Source: Macrostomum lignano
Lineage: Eukaryota
Assembly: GCA_002269645.1 (NCBI GenBank)
Contig: NIVC01003279.1
Coordinates: 43,370 to 107,369, forward strand
Direction of reading: 5' to 3'
Length of the DNA stretch: 64,000 nt
Positions within the stretch are counted from its first letter, which is position 1; every line of letters starts with the position of its first letter. Below are positions 1 to 12,805 of the stretch, one piece after another. The notes beneath the pieces were generated by a model that had not been told where the DNA came from, made no database searches, and worked only from the letters and a program-made list of their open reading frames with translations. The position numbers were made by a program, and so were the translations under genes.

Positions 1-67
1 AAAAATGACCAGTAGCAGTCACCAGAGTAAGCAGTAACAAGTTCCATTTCGATTTCCTCAAACTCAC

Positions 68-1317
68 CTCGTACACAAGCACCACATTATCCTTGATGAT
101 GGTCTCCGTGACGTCCTCAAAGTAATCCTTGACAATGTCGGCGACGCGGTGCAGGAATTCGATGACAAACAGGGGTGGCACCTCACTGCGGCACACGGCA
201 ACAAAGTGAATCTGGGCGCGGTAGACACTGATGATGATGTGGTTGGGAGTCTGGATAACTGGCTGCACATTCTCTGGCGATGATGCCTGCAGGTGTGGCA
301 GTCATTAGCAGCAGTATGTGGGACATTATATTGATAGCATTAAACAATCAAGCAAAAATAATTTACCTTGGCAACTTCATCAAAGAAATAGTCGCAGACA
401 GTCTTTGGGATGACACTTTTGTAGTGCTTCTCAAGGAAAATGTCTCTAAAAGTTAAGAAACAACAAATTATCAGGAATAATTAGGGTTCATTTTATAATA
501 AAAGGGCTGTTTGCTGGCATAGTGATTGTTTGTGCATAACTTCTTTCCACCACATTGAAATGGATCAAATTAAAATTCAGCTTAAAGAGCAGCATTCAAT
601 ACTTCAGCTGAGTGTTGAATAGCTTCTCTAGGTCATTCCATTGCTGAGTTATGGCTCATTAAGTGATGAGGTCCAAGAAGGCTAGTTTCATCTGTGTTAT
701 ATTCAAGGACCACTAGAAGAAGAAAGATGAGATACTTCATATCTTGGAAAATTTATTTAAGGCTGATTTTCATGGAGAAATGCACTAGTGAGATAGAAAC
801 TTTTCATCACTTTTTCACTTTTATGTAGTGATAGCTTTTTATTGGAAGCAGATAGCTATTACAAAGATATTACAAAAACAACCTAACAACCTAAATTTTG
901 ATTTTAAAAGGCCTATGCTTAAGTGTAAAATCAATTTGACAGAAAAGAAGCTTAAAAAATTAATATTTAAAATAACTACTTCTAGCTTAAGCTGATATAG
1001 TAAGATTATACTATTATATTATAATTTATAGACAAGTTTTATAGACTATAGTAGTATAATGTGGACTTAAGGGACTGATAATTAATTGCTACTAATACTA
1101 GGCATAACTAATAAGAATATTTACTCTATTACTAAATCAATTAAAGCTATACTATTTTTATATATATACTTTATGTTGACTTATAGACCTGCTAAAAGAA
1201 TATTATTCATTAACTTTTTTCTTTAGCTTTTGTAAACCATTAAATAAAAGCAATATATAAAAACAAACAATTTTAAACTTACCCAGAATTGTTGATAAGA
1301 AAGATGCTATGTATCAT
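68..1317 (-). CDS. AP3M1: AP-3 complex subunit mu, first three coding exons (1317-1283, 445-367, 286-68); gene continues off the left edge
   Basis: Spliced translation MIHSIFLINNSG|DIFLEKHYKSVIPKTVCDYFFDEVAK|ASSPENVQPVIQTPNHIIISVYRAQIHFVAVCRSEVPPLFVIEFLHRVADIVKDYFEDVTETIIKDNVVLVYE matches the AP-3 mu N-terminus. All junctions are GT-AG and phase-consistent (2, 0, 0). Confidence 0.95.
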
Positions 1318-3294
1318 ATTTGATTTTTGTTTTAAGTTTACTGTATACAATTTTTTGTCACTATATTAAATTTGAAACTTGTATCCTTGTATAGAATCTG
1401 TAGTTTGATTTCAAATGAAATGTAAATATAATGCCAAAGCGAAGCCTAATAATGTATTGCACTAAGTCCACTATTATAATATAGGCCTAATTGTTAACAT
1501 AGTCACAGTTACAGTAAAGGTAGATTAGCTAGGCCTTACGCCCTTAGTTGTACAAGTTTGTATAATGAATTGTGAAAGAGCTATCAAAATTTAAAGCATA
1601 TTGAGGAATTAAGCTGTTTAACTGGAACTAGGCTAGGGCTAGGGCCTAGGCCTAACAGTAAAACGCAAGTGCTTCTTAACAGATTATAATTACAATAAAT
1701 ATAAAATATAGTAAATACTGTAATATCAGTTGATAGGCCTAGCCTAGCAATAGTTAGTTCAAAGTCTGCCGAAAAGCTAAACTATGACTAAAAACATAAA
1801 AACAAGCTATAACTTTTTCCGCAGCCTACAACGTTAGGAACCGATTAGGTCTACAGAAAAGGAGCGCACAACACGAGTTAATGCGCGCGTCTTACAGCTT
1901 GTTGTTAAAATATAATATAATTTTTTACTATATGGTGAAATTTGACGACGACAATAACACTTTTTTCGGATAACTTAATTAAACAGTTTCGACTACTTAA
2001 AGAAACGCATTCATTTTTTTCAGGAAAAGTAACTATTGGTGGCAAAAAACTACTGATTTAGCATGACTGTATTTGTTTTTATGCTTGACACGAAAACATT
2101 AGAAATTGCGGAAATTTGCATTGACTTGAAATTACAAGAAATGATGCATCCTATTAGTATTAGCTCAAGGAAGAAGTATCACTGTATTAGTTATCAATGA
2201 AATTGTTTTATGCTGAGTATAAGCTCAATATTATGTGATGAAAAATACGAGAGGGAAGTTTTAGCTTATTTCTATTAAGGGTTTAATATATGTTTATTAA
2301 CTTAGGCTATTTGGTTTTACTAAATCAAAGATCTTATCCAAGTTTTTTTCGAAAGTATTGAGCATCTTGCTTTTTAATGTATTCATTTCAAAAATGTAAA
2401 AATTTCCATAAAATCTCAGTATTCTTAATAAATTTATATTATCATACATTTATTAAGAATGTTAATCTTAATGTTAATATGTTATTATTATTTTTTACTG
2501 AATTTGCAAAGAAATGATTTGCATAGTATTGATTTTCCTAATAAATAATTGAAAGAATAAAAGTTGATTAAAAATTTCTTAGCAACCTTAGTACTTTTAC
2601 ATTGGCATTTTGATAACTGAAATAATTTAAACTTGGCATAAGTGTTTTGTGAAGCAATGTGACAAAAAATAATCCACTTTCTACTTGTTTTAAAGCCTAG
2701 CACATTTTAATTATTGATATTTTGTTGCTATTATAGCCATGTTGCAAAATTTTCTTCATGTATTGCTGATAGTACAAAAGTTTTTTATGTCAGGAATTTT
2801 CAAATCATTCAAATCATTGAAAAAGTTTTTTCATTGAGGGTAAAAAGTTTGTTTGCATATGTCATGGCTAAATTATGATTCGACGTGGGAAAAGAAATTA
2901 AGATTTAAGTTTTGATTTTTGAATTAACAACTGTTCACAGCATAAAAAATAATATACTAATGCAAACAAATATTATAAGTTTCAACATACTTCCAAGTTG
3001 ATACTCCGGCCCTAATAAGTTTTTCTGTTATTAGGGGGCTAGGCAAAATGTTTTAGTGTGCCATATCTAGATTGCAGACTAGAGCTTGGCTAACCCAATA
3101 GCAAAAGCTATATCATCATGTGTAATGCTTAATTATATCATTAAATGCTTTTTGACTTATTAATATTTGGGCACATTTTAACCATATGCTACCCATATAA
3201 AGCTAAACTCTAAGATTTACAAGTGCGGAATTATCTACGATAAAGCCTACATTAATTCAGAAGTTTGTTCTGTATATAATAAAACTGTCATTAG

Positions 3295-6200
3295 ACCTTC
3301 TCGTCATCAACGCCACCTCAGCATCCGGCAGGCTCAAGCGGCGGAGCTGCCGCAGCTGAGACTCTCCAGTCGCTGCTGCGATCCCCCGCTGTGAACGGCC
3401 GAGCCTCCCGCCTGGACGAATTTCTGCACACCAACCACCAGCCACCGCAGCCCCAGCCGAGAATGCAGAGCCGGTCGCTGGACCGAATCACCCGCTACGC
3501 GCAGCCCCGCCCCACGCGCTTCGTGCCAACCGAGGCGCCAGTCTCCTTTCTCGACAGCCGGGCAGCCTCAGGCGCCAGCAGCAGAAGCAACAGCCTCAGG
3601 GCTTTGCGTTCAGCAGCCCGACTTGCGCCGACTCCATCATGACTCGGTCGCTGCCACCTCCCTCAGCAGTTGCCATGGCAACTACGCTGGGTGATGTAGC
3701 TTTTTCTGGACAGACCGCCTCCCGCCTGGCCCACTTTGAGAGCCTGAACTCCCGGCTGCGGAGCCTCATGGCTGCCAGACAGGCGGAGCTTGAGAGGGAC
3801 CGGGCCTACCTGCTCAAGTGCCAGGTGACTCAATAAGTCCTTCAATTCCATAAGCCCTAATTGGCAGTATAGTTTGCAAGGCTCACCTTTGCTTGAGCAG
3901 CAAGCTAACCACTCACAAGCCACCTCAAAGCATTCGCAAAAATTGCTTCGACTATTTGATTATTCTCAAGCATCGCCTCTAAACCATTCTCAAGCATCGC
4001 CTCTAAAACCTTTCCCTAAACCTTTCTCAAGAGTCACCCCTAAACCATTCTCAAGAGTCACCCCTGAACCATTCTCAAGAGTCACCCCTAAACCATTCTC
4101 AAGAGTCACCCCTAAACCATTCTCAAGCATCGCCCATTCTCAAGAGTCACCCCTAAACCATTCTCAAGCATCGCCCATTCTCAAGAGTCACCCCTAAACC
4201 ATTCTCAAGAGTCACCCCTAAACCATTCTCAAGAGTCGCCCCTGAACCATTCTCAAGAGTCGCCCCTGAACCATTCTCAAGAGTCACCCCTAAACCATTC
4301 TCAAGAGTCACCCCTGAACCATTCTCAAGAGTCACCCCTGAACCATTCTCAAGAGTCACCCCTAAACCATTCTCAAGCATCGCCCATTCTCAAGAGTCAC
4401 CCCTAAACCATTCTCAAGAGTCACCCCTAAACCATTCTCAAGAGTCACCCCTAAACCATTCTCAAGAGTCACCCTTGAAACTTTCTCAAGCATCGCTCCT
4501 ATCATTCGCTGCTCGTAAAATAGGGCTTGAACTACTCCAAACGCTGTATTACTTCAACTTAGAAAGGCGAATTCTGTTCCCTCGCGGTTCTGCTTAGTGG
4601 GCGACTCAGGGGTCAATTTAAGGTGTGTTGATTTCCGCTTCTGTGTCTTGCCGTGATCAGTTGGGAAAGAGAAAGTGGGTGAAAAATCCCCTTTCCAAGA
4701 AGGCTCCCCCACGCGCTCCCCTAATCGATTGTGCGCCGCCCGCCTTGGCCTCGCACGCTGCTGCTGAGACACCTGACACTCCTCGGCACGCCAAGTTTCA
4801 GGTGTGTCAGGTGCGGCCTGATTGCAGTGGAACAGTTGCTCCCTATTCTAGGTCAATCTGCACGTACGCTACAGGTCTATCGCTGCTATTATTGCTAATC
4901 GATGCGCTAGATTTTGCTGTCAGAAATCGTAAACTACTAATAGTAGACCAAAATATTGAATTGGTTAGTGTATTTTTACTTTTCTACACCGACCTTGAAA
5001 TAGGTGTCCAACGAGTCGGTTCGCTCGCCGCCGCACCCGCCGCTGTCCATCGAAGCGATTTTCAATCCGCCACATCCCGTTACCATGGAAACCTCCACCC
5101 TCATGACTACGTCGCTGCACTCGGACCTGTCCACCGGCACGGCCAAGCGGACCATCGACAGCCTGGCCACGCCCAAGGCCTTCAAAGTGAAGCTGCAGGA
5201 CTTTGACGGGGGCAGTCCCGACGGTGTCCGCCCCAACCCTGCCAACTGCCCCGCTGAGCCGGCGGCCGCCGTCCCACCGCCAGCCGCTGCCACCGCCGCC
5301 AAGAAGCCGCGGTCCCTGCTGGGCCGGCTGGCCCGCATGAAGACCCGCTCCGCCGCCGCCGGCTCGCAGCAGCCGCCGGCTAAGGCCGACTTCGACGGTG
5401 CCGAAGAGACCCCGGCGGCAACGGCGGCGGAAGCCCCGGTAGAAGCCCCGGCGGCTCCGAGCACGTCGGCAGCCGCACCGCTGGCCGCCATTCGCAAGTT
5501 TCTCAATCGGCTGCCGCGGCGGACGAAGCGCCGGCGGCGGTTCGACATTGGCGAGCCTCAGCTGCTGGAGGCGCAGCAGCCCGGTGAGGGAATCCTGCTT
5601 GTTTGCTCCATCTGGGACCTGAGATTTGTATTGAGTAGGCGGGCAGTGTCAGAGCACTTTTCAGTCTGTGTTGCTACTGCTGTTGTTAGTGAATTTGAAA
5701 ATTTCAGTCTGTGTTGCTACTGCTGTTGTCAGTGAATTTGAAAATTTCAGTCTGTGTTGGTACTGCTGTTGTCAGTGAATTCGAAAATTTCAGTCTGTGT
5801 TGCTACTGCTGTTGTCAGTGAATTTGAAAATTTCAGTCTGTGTTGGTACTGCTGTTGTCAGTGAATTTGAAAATTTCAGTCTGTGTTGGTACTGCTGTTG
5901 TCAGTGAATTTGAAAATTTCAGTCTGGAAGTCCCATCATCACACGGAGTCTTTGCCGCCAATCTTCAACCCTCCAGCTGCAGCAGAGATCCCAGCAGCCA
6001 GGCCTGACCATCCCGACCTCGGCGCTGGAGGCAAAGCCGGCAACCGCCTTGGCACTCGTGCGCCACCGCCGAGCTCTCAAGTGGTGACCTTCGCCGAGAG
6101 CAGCTTGCCGAAACGCCTGGCCGGTTTTTCTGGCGCCTCTGTCACGGCCGCGGCGCCCAACTCGAGCGCCAGCGCCGTCTCGACGTCCGCAGCTGCGCCA

Positions 6201-9200
6201 GCGCCAGAGCTGCTCCAGCGGCTGAGCCAGGTGGAGAATGAAGCTGGGTTTTGGGGTTCCGTAGTTCGAGAATTCTGGTCTATCCTATGTGAGGGGTGAG
6301 GGTTTAGAATCTCCTATCTCACGGGGTGAGAGTTTAGAATCTCCTATCCCACGGGGTGAGAGTTTAGAATCTCCTATCTCACGGGGTGAGAGTTTAGAAT
6401 CTCCTATCTCACGGGGTGGGAGTTTAGAATCTCCTATCTCACGGGGTGAGAGTTTAGAATCTCCTATCTCGTGGGGTGAGAGTTTAGAATCTCCTATCTC
6501 GTGGGGTGAGAGTTTAGAATCTCCTATCTCGTGGGGTGAGAGTTTAGAATCTCCTATCTCACGGGGTGAGAGTTTAGAATCTCCTATCTCGTGGGGTGAG
6601 AGTTTAGAATCTCATATCTCCTGGAGAGAGATTTTAGAATCTCCTATCCTACGGGGTGAGAGTTTAGAATCCCCTATCTCATGGGGTGAGATTTTGGACC
6701 CTTGTATGTATATCAGATCTGGTACGCATTGTCTGTAAAGAGGATAATTCGACTTTCAATGCTTTTTACAGTGTGAAATTCGGTGGCTACTCACAGTAGT
6801 TTATGCCGCCGCAGCCAATCCAGAGCACCCTTCCCATGCCCCAAACTCCGCAGCAGCCGCCAGCTCCCCAGTTGCCGCCCAGCCAACGGGTCCCGCCGAA
6901 GACTCCGACGGCATCGCCAGCCCCAGCGCGACTGCCGACGCCGAAGAGGCCGGCGCCCCGGTTGCGCTCAGGAGCGGCGGCGCCAACGCCGCCAGGAAAC
7001 TCAACGGCCAGAAGCGATCGCTGGCCGCTAGGAAGGTTGGTGTGCGGATTCGAGCGGCTATGGGCTAGGGCTACTCAAAATCGAATAGTTGCCATGCAGA
7101 TATGGGCTAGGGCTACTCAAACTCGAATAGTTGCCATGCAGATATGGGCTAGGGCTACTCAAACTCGAATAGTTGCCATGCAGATATGGGCTAGGGCTAC
7201 TCAAACTCGAATAGTTGCCATGCAGATATGGGCTAGGGCTACTCAAACTCGAATAGTTGCCATGCAGATATGGGCTAGGGCTACTCAAACTCGAATAGTT
7301 ACCATGCAGATATGGTATGATACATAGGAGCGAAGTATCATAAAAATAATTATATTGAAAAAACTTCCTGATGGTGTGCAACCTGATGATGTGCAACCTG
7401 ATGGTGTGCAACCTGATGATGTGCAACCTGATGGTGTGCAACCTGATGATGTGCAACCTGATGGTGTGCAACCTGATGGTGTGCAACCTGATGATGTGCA
7501 ACCTGATGATGTGCAACCTGATGATGTGCACCCTGATGATGTGCAACCTGATGATGTGCAACCTGATGGTGTGCAACCTGATGATGTGCAACCTGATGGT
7601 GTGCAACCTGATGATGTGCAACCTGATGATGTGCACCCTGATGATGTGCAACCTGATGGTGTGCAACCTGATGATGTGCAACCTGATGGTGTGCAACCTG
7701 ATGGTGTGCAACCTGATGGTGTGCAACCTGATGATGTGCAACCTGATGATGTGCAACCTGATGGTGTGCAACCTGATGATGTGCAACCTGATGGTGTGCA
7801 ACCTGATGGTGTGCAACCTGATGGTGTGCAATCTTCTTCTCCACCTCCACTGCCGTCTCTCAGGCCAGAAGCCGCTCTGACGCCAGTGCCGAGGCAGTCC
7901 GTTCATTAAAGGCTGCTGCGGCGGCAAAGGCGTCGGTGGCCGGCGCGGCGGCCAGCCGAGACTCCACTGGGGCGGCCGCGGCAGCCACATCGCCGACGGA
8001 GCGGTCCTCGCTCATCATGATCAGCGCCGCCCTGCGCAGCGCCCAGGTGCTGGCGGCCGGCATGACCCGCTCCCTCTGCCTGGAGGCCTCATCGTCAGTG
8101 GCTGCCGCCGGGGCCGCCTCCGACGACACCGCCGCCGATGGCGGAGCGTCCAGCGCCGGGCGCTACTTCCTGCTGCTGGCCGAGCGGGAGGAGCAGCGGA
8201 TCCGCGCCGACACCGACTGGATTGAGGCCTGCCTGGATGATGAGTCCTTGGGCCTGTCTGAGGAGGGTGAGTCCCTGGGCCTGTCTGAGGAGGGTGAGTC
8301 CCTGGGCCTGTCTGAGGAGGGTGAGTCCCTGGGCCTGTCTGAGGAGGGTGAGTCCCTGGGCCTGTCTGAGGAGGGTGAGTCCCTGGGCCTGTCTGAGGAG
8401 GGTGAGTCCCTGGGCCTGTCTGAGGAGGGTGAGTCCCTGGGCCTGTCTGAGGAGGGTGAGTCCCTGGGCCTGTCTGAGGAGGGTGAGTCCCTGGGCCTGT
8501 CTGAGGAGGGTGAGTCCCTGGGCCTGTCTGAGGAGGGTGAGTCCCTGGGCCTGTCTGAGGAGGGTGAGTCCCTGGGCCTGTCTGAGGAGGGTGAGTCCCT
8601 GGGCCTGTCTGAGGAGGGTGAGTCCCTGGGCCTGTCTGAGGAGGGTGAGTCCCTGGGCCTGTCTGAGGAGGGTGAGTCCCTGGGCCTGTCTGAGGAGGGT
8701 GAGTCCCTGGGCCTGTCTGAGGAGGGTGAGTCCCTGGGCCTGTCTGAGGAGGGTGAGTCCCTGGGCCTGTCTGAGGAGGGTGAGTCCCTGGGCCTGTCTG
8801 AGGAGGGTGAGTCACTGGGCCTGTCTGAGGAGGGTGAGTCCCTGGGCCTGTCTGAGGAGGGTGAGTCACTGATCCCCTGTCTGAGGAGGTGAGTCACTGA
8901 TTCCCTGTCTGAGGAGCTGAGTCACTGATCCTGTGTCACTGCAGTGTCGGGGATTCTCCGGGTGTCGGCCGGCAAGGCCCGCCTGCTGCTCACCGAGAAG
9001 CTCGCGCAGTTCCGCGGCCTCTGCGAGGACAACATGGCCAACGGGGTCACCCAGTACTGCGACCTGAACGGCTTCTGGGCCATCTGCTGCCTGCAGCTGC
9101 AGGACATCGGGCGGATGCTGGCCACGTGCAGGCAGATCCGCGACTGCCAGTTCCGGCGGGTGCCGCCAGCGCCGCCTTCGCCTCCGGCACCGCAGCAGCC

Positions 9201-9426
9201 ACGGGAGCCGCTGCAGAAGCGACAGCCGTCCAGAGCTCCGGCCAGACAGCAGCAGCGACAGCAGCAGCCGGCGAAGCAGCCAGCCTTGGCGGAGCGTCAG
9301 CGTCGAGAGCGTCTCGCTGAGCTGAAGCGGCGAGGCAGGCAGCGGCTGCAGCACGCGGAAGATTCCGCGGCACCCAGCGATGCAGCTGACGCTGAGGGGG
9401 CCGAGGGCGTCCAAATCTTTGCATGA
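3295..9426 (+). CDS. DLGAP: DLGAP/SAPAP (GKAP-domain) family protein; exons approx 3295/3639-3824, 5004-5583, 5923-6230, 6772-7035, 7864-8266, 8945-9426
   Basis: The last two exons join as GRYFLLLAEREEQRIRADTDWIEACLDDESLGLSEE|VSGILRVSAGKARLLLTEKLAQFRGLCEDNMANGVTQYCDLNGFWAICCLQLQDIGRML, the GKAP domain pattern (LSEE..G..R...GKA.LL...K..QF..LC..N....DL.GFW). Junctions are GT-AG and phase-consistent. The start codon and the 6230/6772 junction are less certain. Confidence 0.8.
3955..4490. repeat. 24-bp minisatellite (aaaccattctcaagagtcacccct) in a DLGAP intron
   Basis: Direct tandem copies visible. Confidence 0.95.
5659..5926 (+). repeat. 43-bp minisatellite whose unit includes the 3' splice site (tttcag|TCTG); 7 acceptor copies
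   Basis: tcag|tctg recurs at 5661, 5704, 5747, 5790, 5833, 5876 and 5919; the last copy runs into the exon. Confidence 0.9.
6292..6700. repeat. 30-bp minisatellite (ggggtgagagtttagaatctcctatctcac), intronic
   Basis: Direct tandem copies. Confidence 0.95.
7058..7315. repeat. 42-bp minisatellite, about 6 copies, intronic
   Basis: Unit atgggctagggctactcaaactcgaatagttgccatgcagat. Confidence 0.95.
7368..7830. repeat. 12-bp minisatellite caacctgatg(a/g)tgtg-type with two variants, intronic
   Basis: Direct tandem copies. Confidence 0.95.
8242..8935 (+). repeat. 27-bp minisatellite spanning the exon/intron donor (GAGTCCCTGGGCCTGTCTGAGGAGG|GT), 23 copies plus a degenerate tail
   Basis: ORF 7936-8892 shows ESLGLSEEG x23; every unit carries G|GTGAGT. 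Confidence 0.95.
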
Positions 9427-9429
9427 ATC

Positions 9430-9972
9430 TGCCTGTAGATTGGAAAATCTTGCTGTAGATTGGAATAATCTTGCTGTAGGTTGGAATAATCTTGCTGTAG
9501 ATTGGAATAATCTTGCTGTAGATTGGAATAATCTTGCTGTAGATTGGAATAATCTTGCTGTAGGTTGGAATAATCTTGCTGTAGATTGGAATAATCTTGC
9601 TGTAGATTGGAATAATCTTGCTGTAGGTTGGAATAATCTTGCTGTAGGTTGGAATAATCTTGCTGTAGGTTGGAATAATCTTGTTGTAGATTGGAATAAA
9701 CTTTATGTAGGTTGGAATAATCTTGTTGTAGATTGGAATAATCTTGCTGTAGGTTGGAATAATCTTGCTATAGATTGGAATAATCTTGCTGTAGATTGGA
9801 ATAATCTTGCTGTAGATTGGAATAGTCTTGCTGTAGATTGGAATAATCTTGCTGTACGAGTAGATTGGAATAATCTTGCTGTAGATTGGAATGATCTTGC
9901 TGTAGATTGGAATAATCTTGCTGTAGATTGGAATAATCTTGCTGTAGATTGGAATAATCTTGCTGTAGATTG
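9430..9972. repeat. 21-bp minisatellite (gattggaataatcttgctgta) immediately after the DLGAP stop codon
   Basis: Direct tandem copies. Confidence 0.95.
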
Positions 9973-11023
9973 GACTACAAATATCTTTTTAAAGACTTTG
10001 TTTACGCAATTTTGTTTATTGCTATATAAAAAGATCTGCTGATGTTCGTTCTGAATCCTCACTCCCAAAGCAGACAGTTGTTTCCTTTAATTTTTATTGG
10101 CACTTTGAAGCCGCCGCCTCACGGTTGTTGTTCTAGTCAGTTGCATATTGCTTTATTCTTTGTTTATTTATTTTGCTTCAATCAGTTGAGCTACGCGAGC
10201 ATTTGACAATCTTATATTATAAAACCATTTTTAACTCGCCTGTTAATCGGTTGCTGATTTTGCCATTTCGCTTTCGAATCTTGTCATTTTGCGTCGCTCC
10301 AGTGCTGAGTGAGCACATTGCTTCCCTTTCGGCATAAGTGAAGATTTGCTGCACCTTCTCACTGTTTCCGCGTCTCCCCTCTGGCGGCCTCCTGCTCTGC
10401 ATTTTGCTTGAAATTTTTGTAAATCAGTGTGCTGACTTTGTGTTTCACTGCCTGAGGTGTCCGGAGGTTTGAAGCCTGAAGACATTTGCAACCTGAAGAT
10501 AAACCCACCTTTAGCTGGTTAATGCCAATGTCCTGTGAATAGAATCTGTAAAACCTCAAGATTCTAGCGGGAGAATGTAGCCTGGAAGAACGAGTTTTAT
10601 CCATGTGCTATCAGAACCCGTGATTCAAATCATGTGATCCAAATCATGTGATCCAAATCATGTGACTCAAATCATGTGATCCACAGCAGAGGCTGAGTCA
10701 GCTGAGTGGAGACCCCCCCCCTGCACCGCACTGCCGCTTCACTTGCTCCCGTTTCGAGCCCACACCCGACAATTGTCTGCCAATCAGTCACTCACCATTG
10801 CCTCCGTTGTGGCCGAATTTTTTCGCGTTTTTGTGCGTCCTCTTTGACTGCAGTATTGAATGTGCGTTCATTTGGTTAAAGCAGTTCAACTGTTTTTGAA
10901 TCGTCCGGTATGTGGATACAGTCGATGAACTCTCGCTCCTGACTAAGCACTGAGTGATAGGAGCGTTGAAGAATCATTAGTGTGGAATTTGGAGTTCCTG
11001 CTATCATCCATTATGGTGCGGAA

Positions 11024-12110
11024 GCATATTGTCAGGGGGATTCCGTCCCTATTACACAGATAACTTATTGTCAGGGGGATTCCGTCCCTATTATACAGAT
11101 AACTTATTGTCAGGGGGATTCCGTCCCTATTACACAGATAACTTATTGTCAGGGGGATTCCGTCCCTATTATACAGATAACTTATTGTCAGGGGGAATTC
11201 TGTCCCTATTATACAGATAACTTATTGTCAGGGGGAATTCCGTCCCTATTATACAGATAACTTATTGTCAGGGGGAATTCCGTCCCTATTATACAGATAA
11301 CTTATTGTCAGGGGGAATTCCGTCCCTATTATACAGATAACTTCTTGTCAGGGGGAATTCTGTCCCTATTATACAGATAACTTATTGTCAGGGGGAATTC
11401 TGTCCCTATTATACAGATAACTTATTGTCAGGGGGAATTCTGTCCCTATTATACAGATAACTTATTGTCAGGGGGAATTCTGTCCCTATTATACAGATAA
11501 CTTATTGTCAGGGGGAATTCTGTCCCTATTATACAGATAACTTATTGTCAGGGGGAATTCTGTCCCTATTATACAGATAACTTATTGTCAGGGGGAATTC
11601 CGTCCCTATTATACAGATAACTTATTGTCAGGGGGAATTCTGTCCCTATTACACAGATAACTTATTGTCAGGGGGAATTCTGTCCCTATTACACAGATAA
11701 CTTATTGTCAGGGGGAATTCTGTCCCTATTATACAGATAACTTATTGTCAGAGGGATTCCGTCCCTATTATACAGATAACTTATTGTCAGAGGGATTCCG
11801 TCCCTATTATACAGATAACTTATTGTCAGAGGGATTCCGTCCCTATTATACAGATAACTTATTGTCAGGGGGAATTCCGTCCCTATTATACAGATAACTT
11901 ATTGTCAGGGGGAATTCTGTCCCTATTATACAGATAACTTATTGTCAGGGGGAATTCCGTCTCTATTATACAGATAACTTATTGTCAGGGGGAATTCCGT
12001 CCCTATTATACAGATAACTTATTGTCAGGGGGAATTCTGTCCCTATTATACACATAACTTATTGTCAGGGGGAATTCCGCTCCTTAATACATAGATAACT
12101 TATTGTTACT
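11024..12110. repeat. 39-40-bp minisatellite (ttattgtcagggggaattccgtccctattatacagataac)
   Basis: About 27 tandem copies. Confidence 0.95.
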
Positions 12111-12805
12111 GAGAAGCCAAAATGCTCGTAGATAAATGAAGGACATTGTCAGGGATGAGTTTCACCTCTTATTATATAGGACAACACAAAGCGATATTGA
12201 AGTAATAGCAATATAAAAATACATCCCCAATTTTGTCATAGATAAAATTTATGACGAAAAGAACCTATGGATTTTGCTGTTAGGAACAATTTATTTGTTA
12301 ATTTGCAACCTGTTACTTTTTCTAGTCTAATGCAGCCTCTGCGCTGCATCGCATCTTATTTGTCTCGTTTATCTTCCGCTTTACGAATTCCGGCTTAAGC
12401 TAATCCGCTCTAACCGCGCTGCAGCAACGTTTATCGGCATTCCAGTTTTACCGCTCCAGGTGTTGTTCCAGCTGTGTTTCCTGTTTCTAGCTTGTCTTTT
12501 TTGCTGCTTCCCTAAGCTGAGTCGCCTGTCAATCAATGCAATTTTATCTGTTGTTTTCTCCCGCTTTTTCCTTCAGCTGCGAGCCGTCTCATTAATCATA
12601 ACAGGCCCGCCAGACTGCTCTTCCTGAGCGCGGGGCCTCGCACTGAACCTGGCGACTTGAATCCAATTGCTTAGAATAGACGCAGTCTTCAGGCTTTGTT
12701 GTACCAGTTGAATCGCTCAGCCCATCATGGACTTTTCGTGTCTTTGTCACTTCTCTGCAGACCCAGTGTCAGTCGGGGCACCCACTGGCTTACGTTATTG
12801 TGCTG

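Noticed and set aside
7058-7990. Long repetitive ORFs (VQPD, HHQVA, CNLM) resembling repeat antigens
   Set aside because: They are translations of a 12-bp intronic array, open in several frames on both strands.
10217-10604. Overlapping short minus-strand ORFs downstream of DLGAP
   Set aside because: No recognisable domain, splice structure or codon bias.
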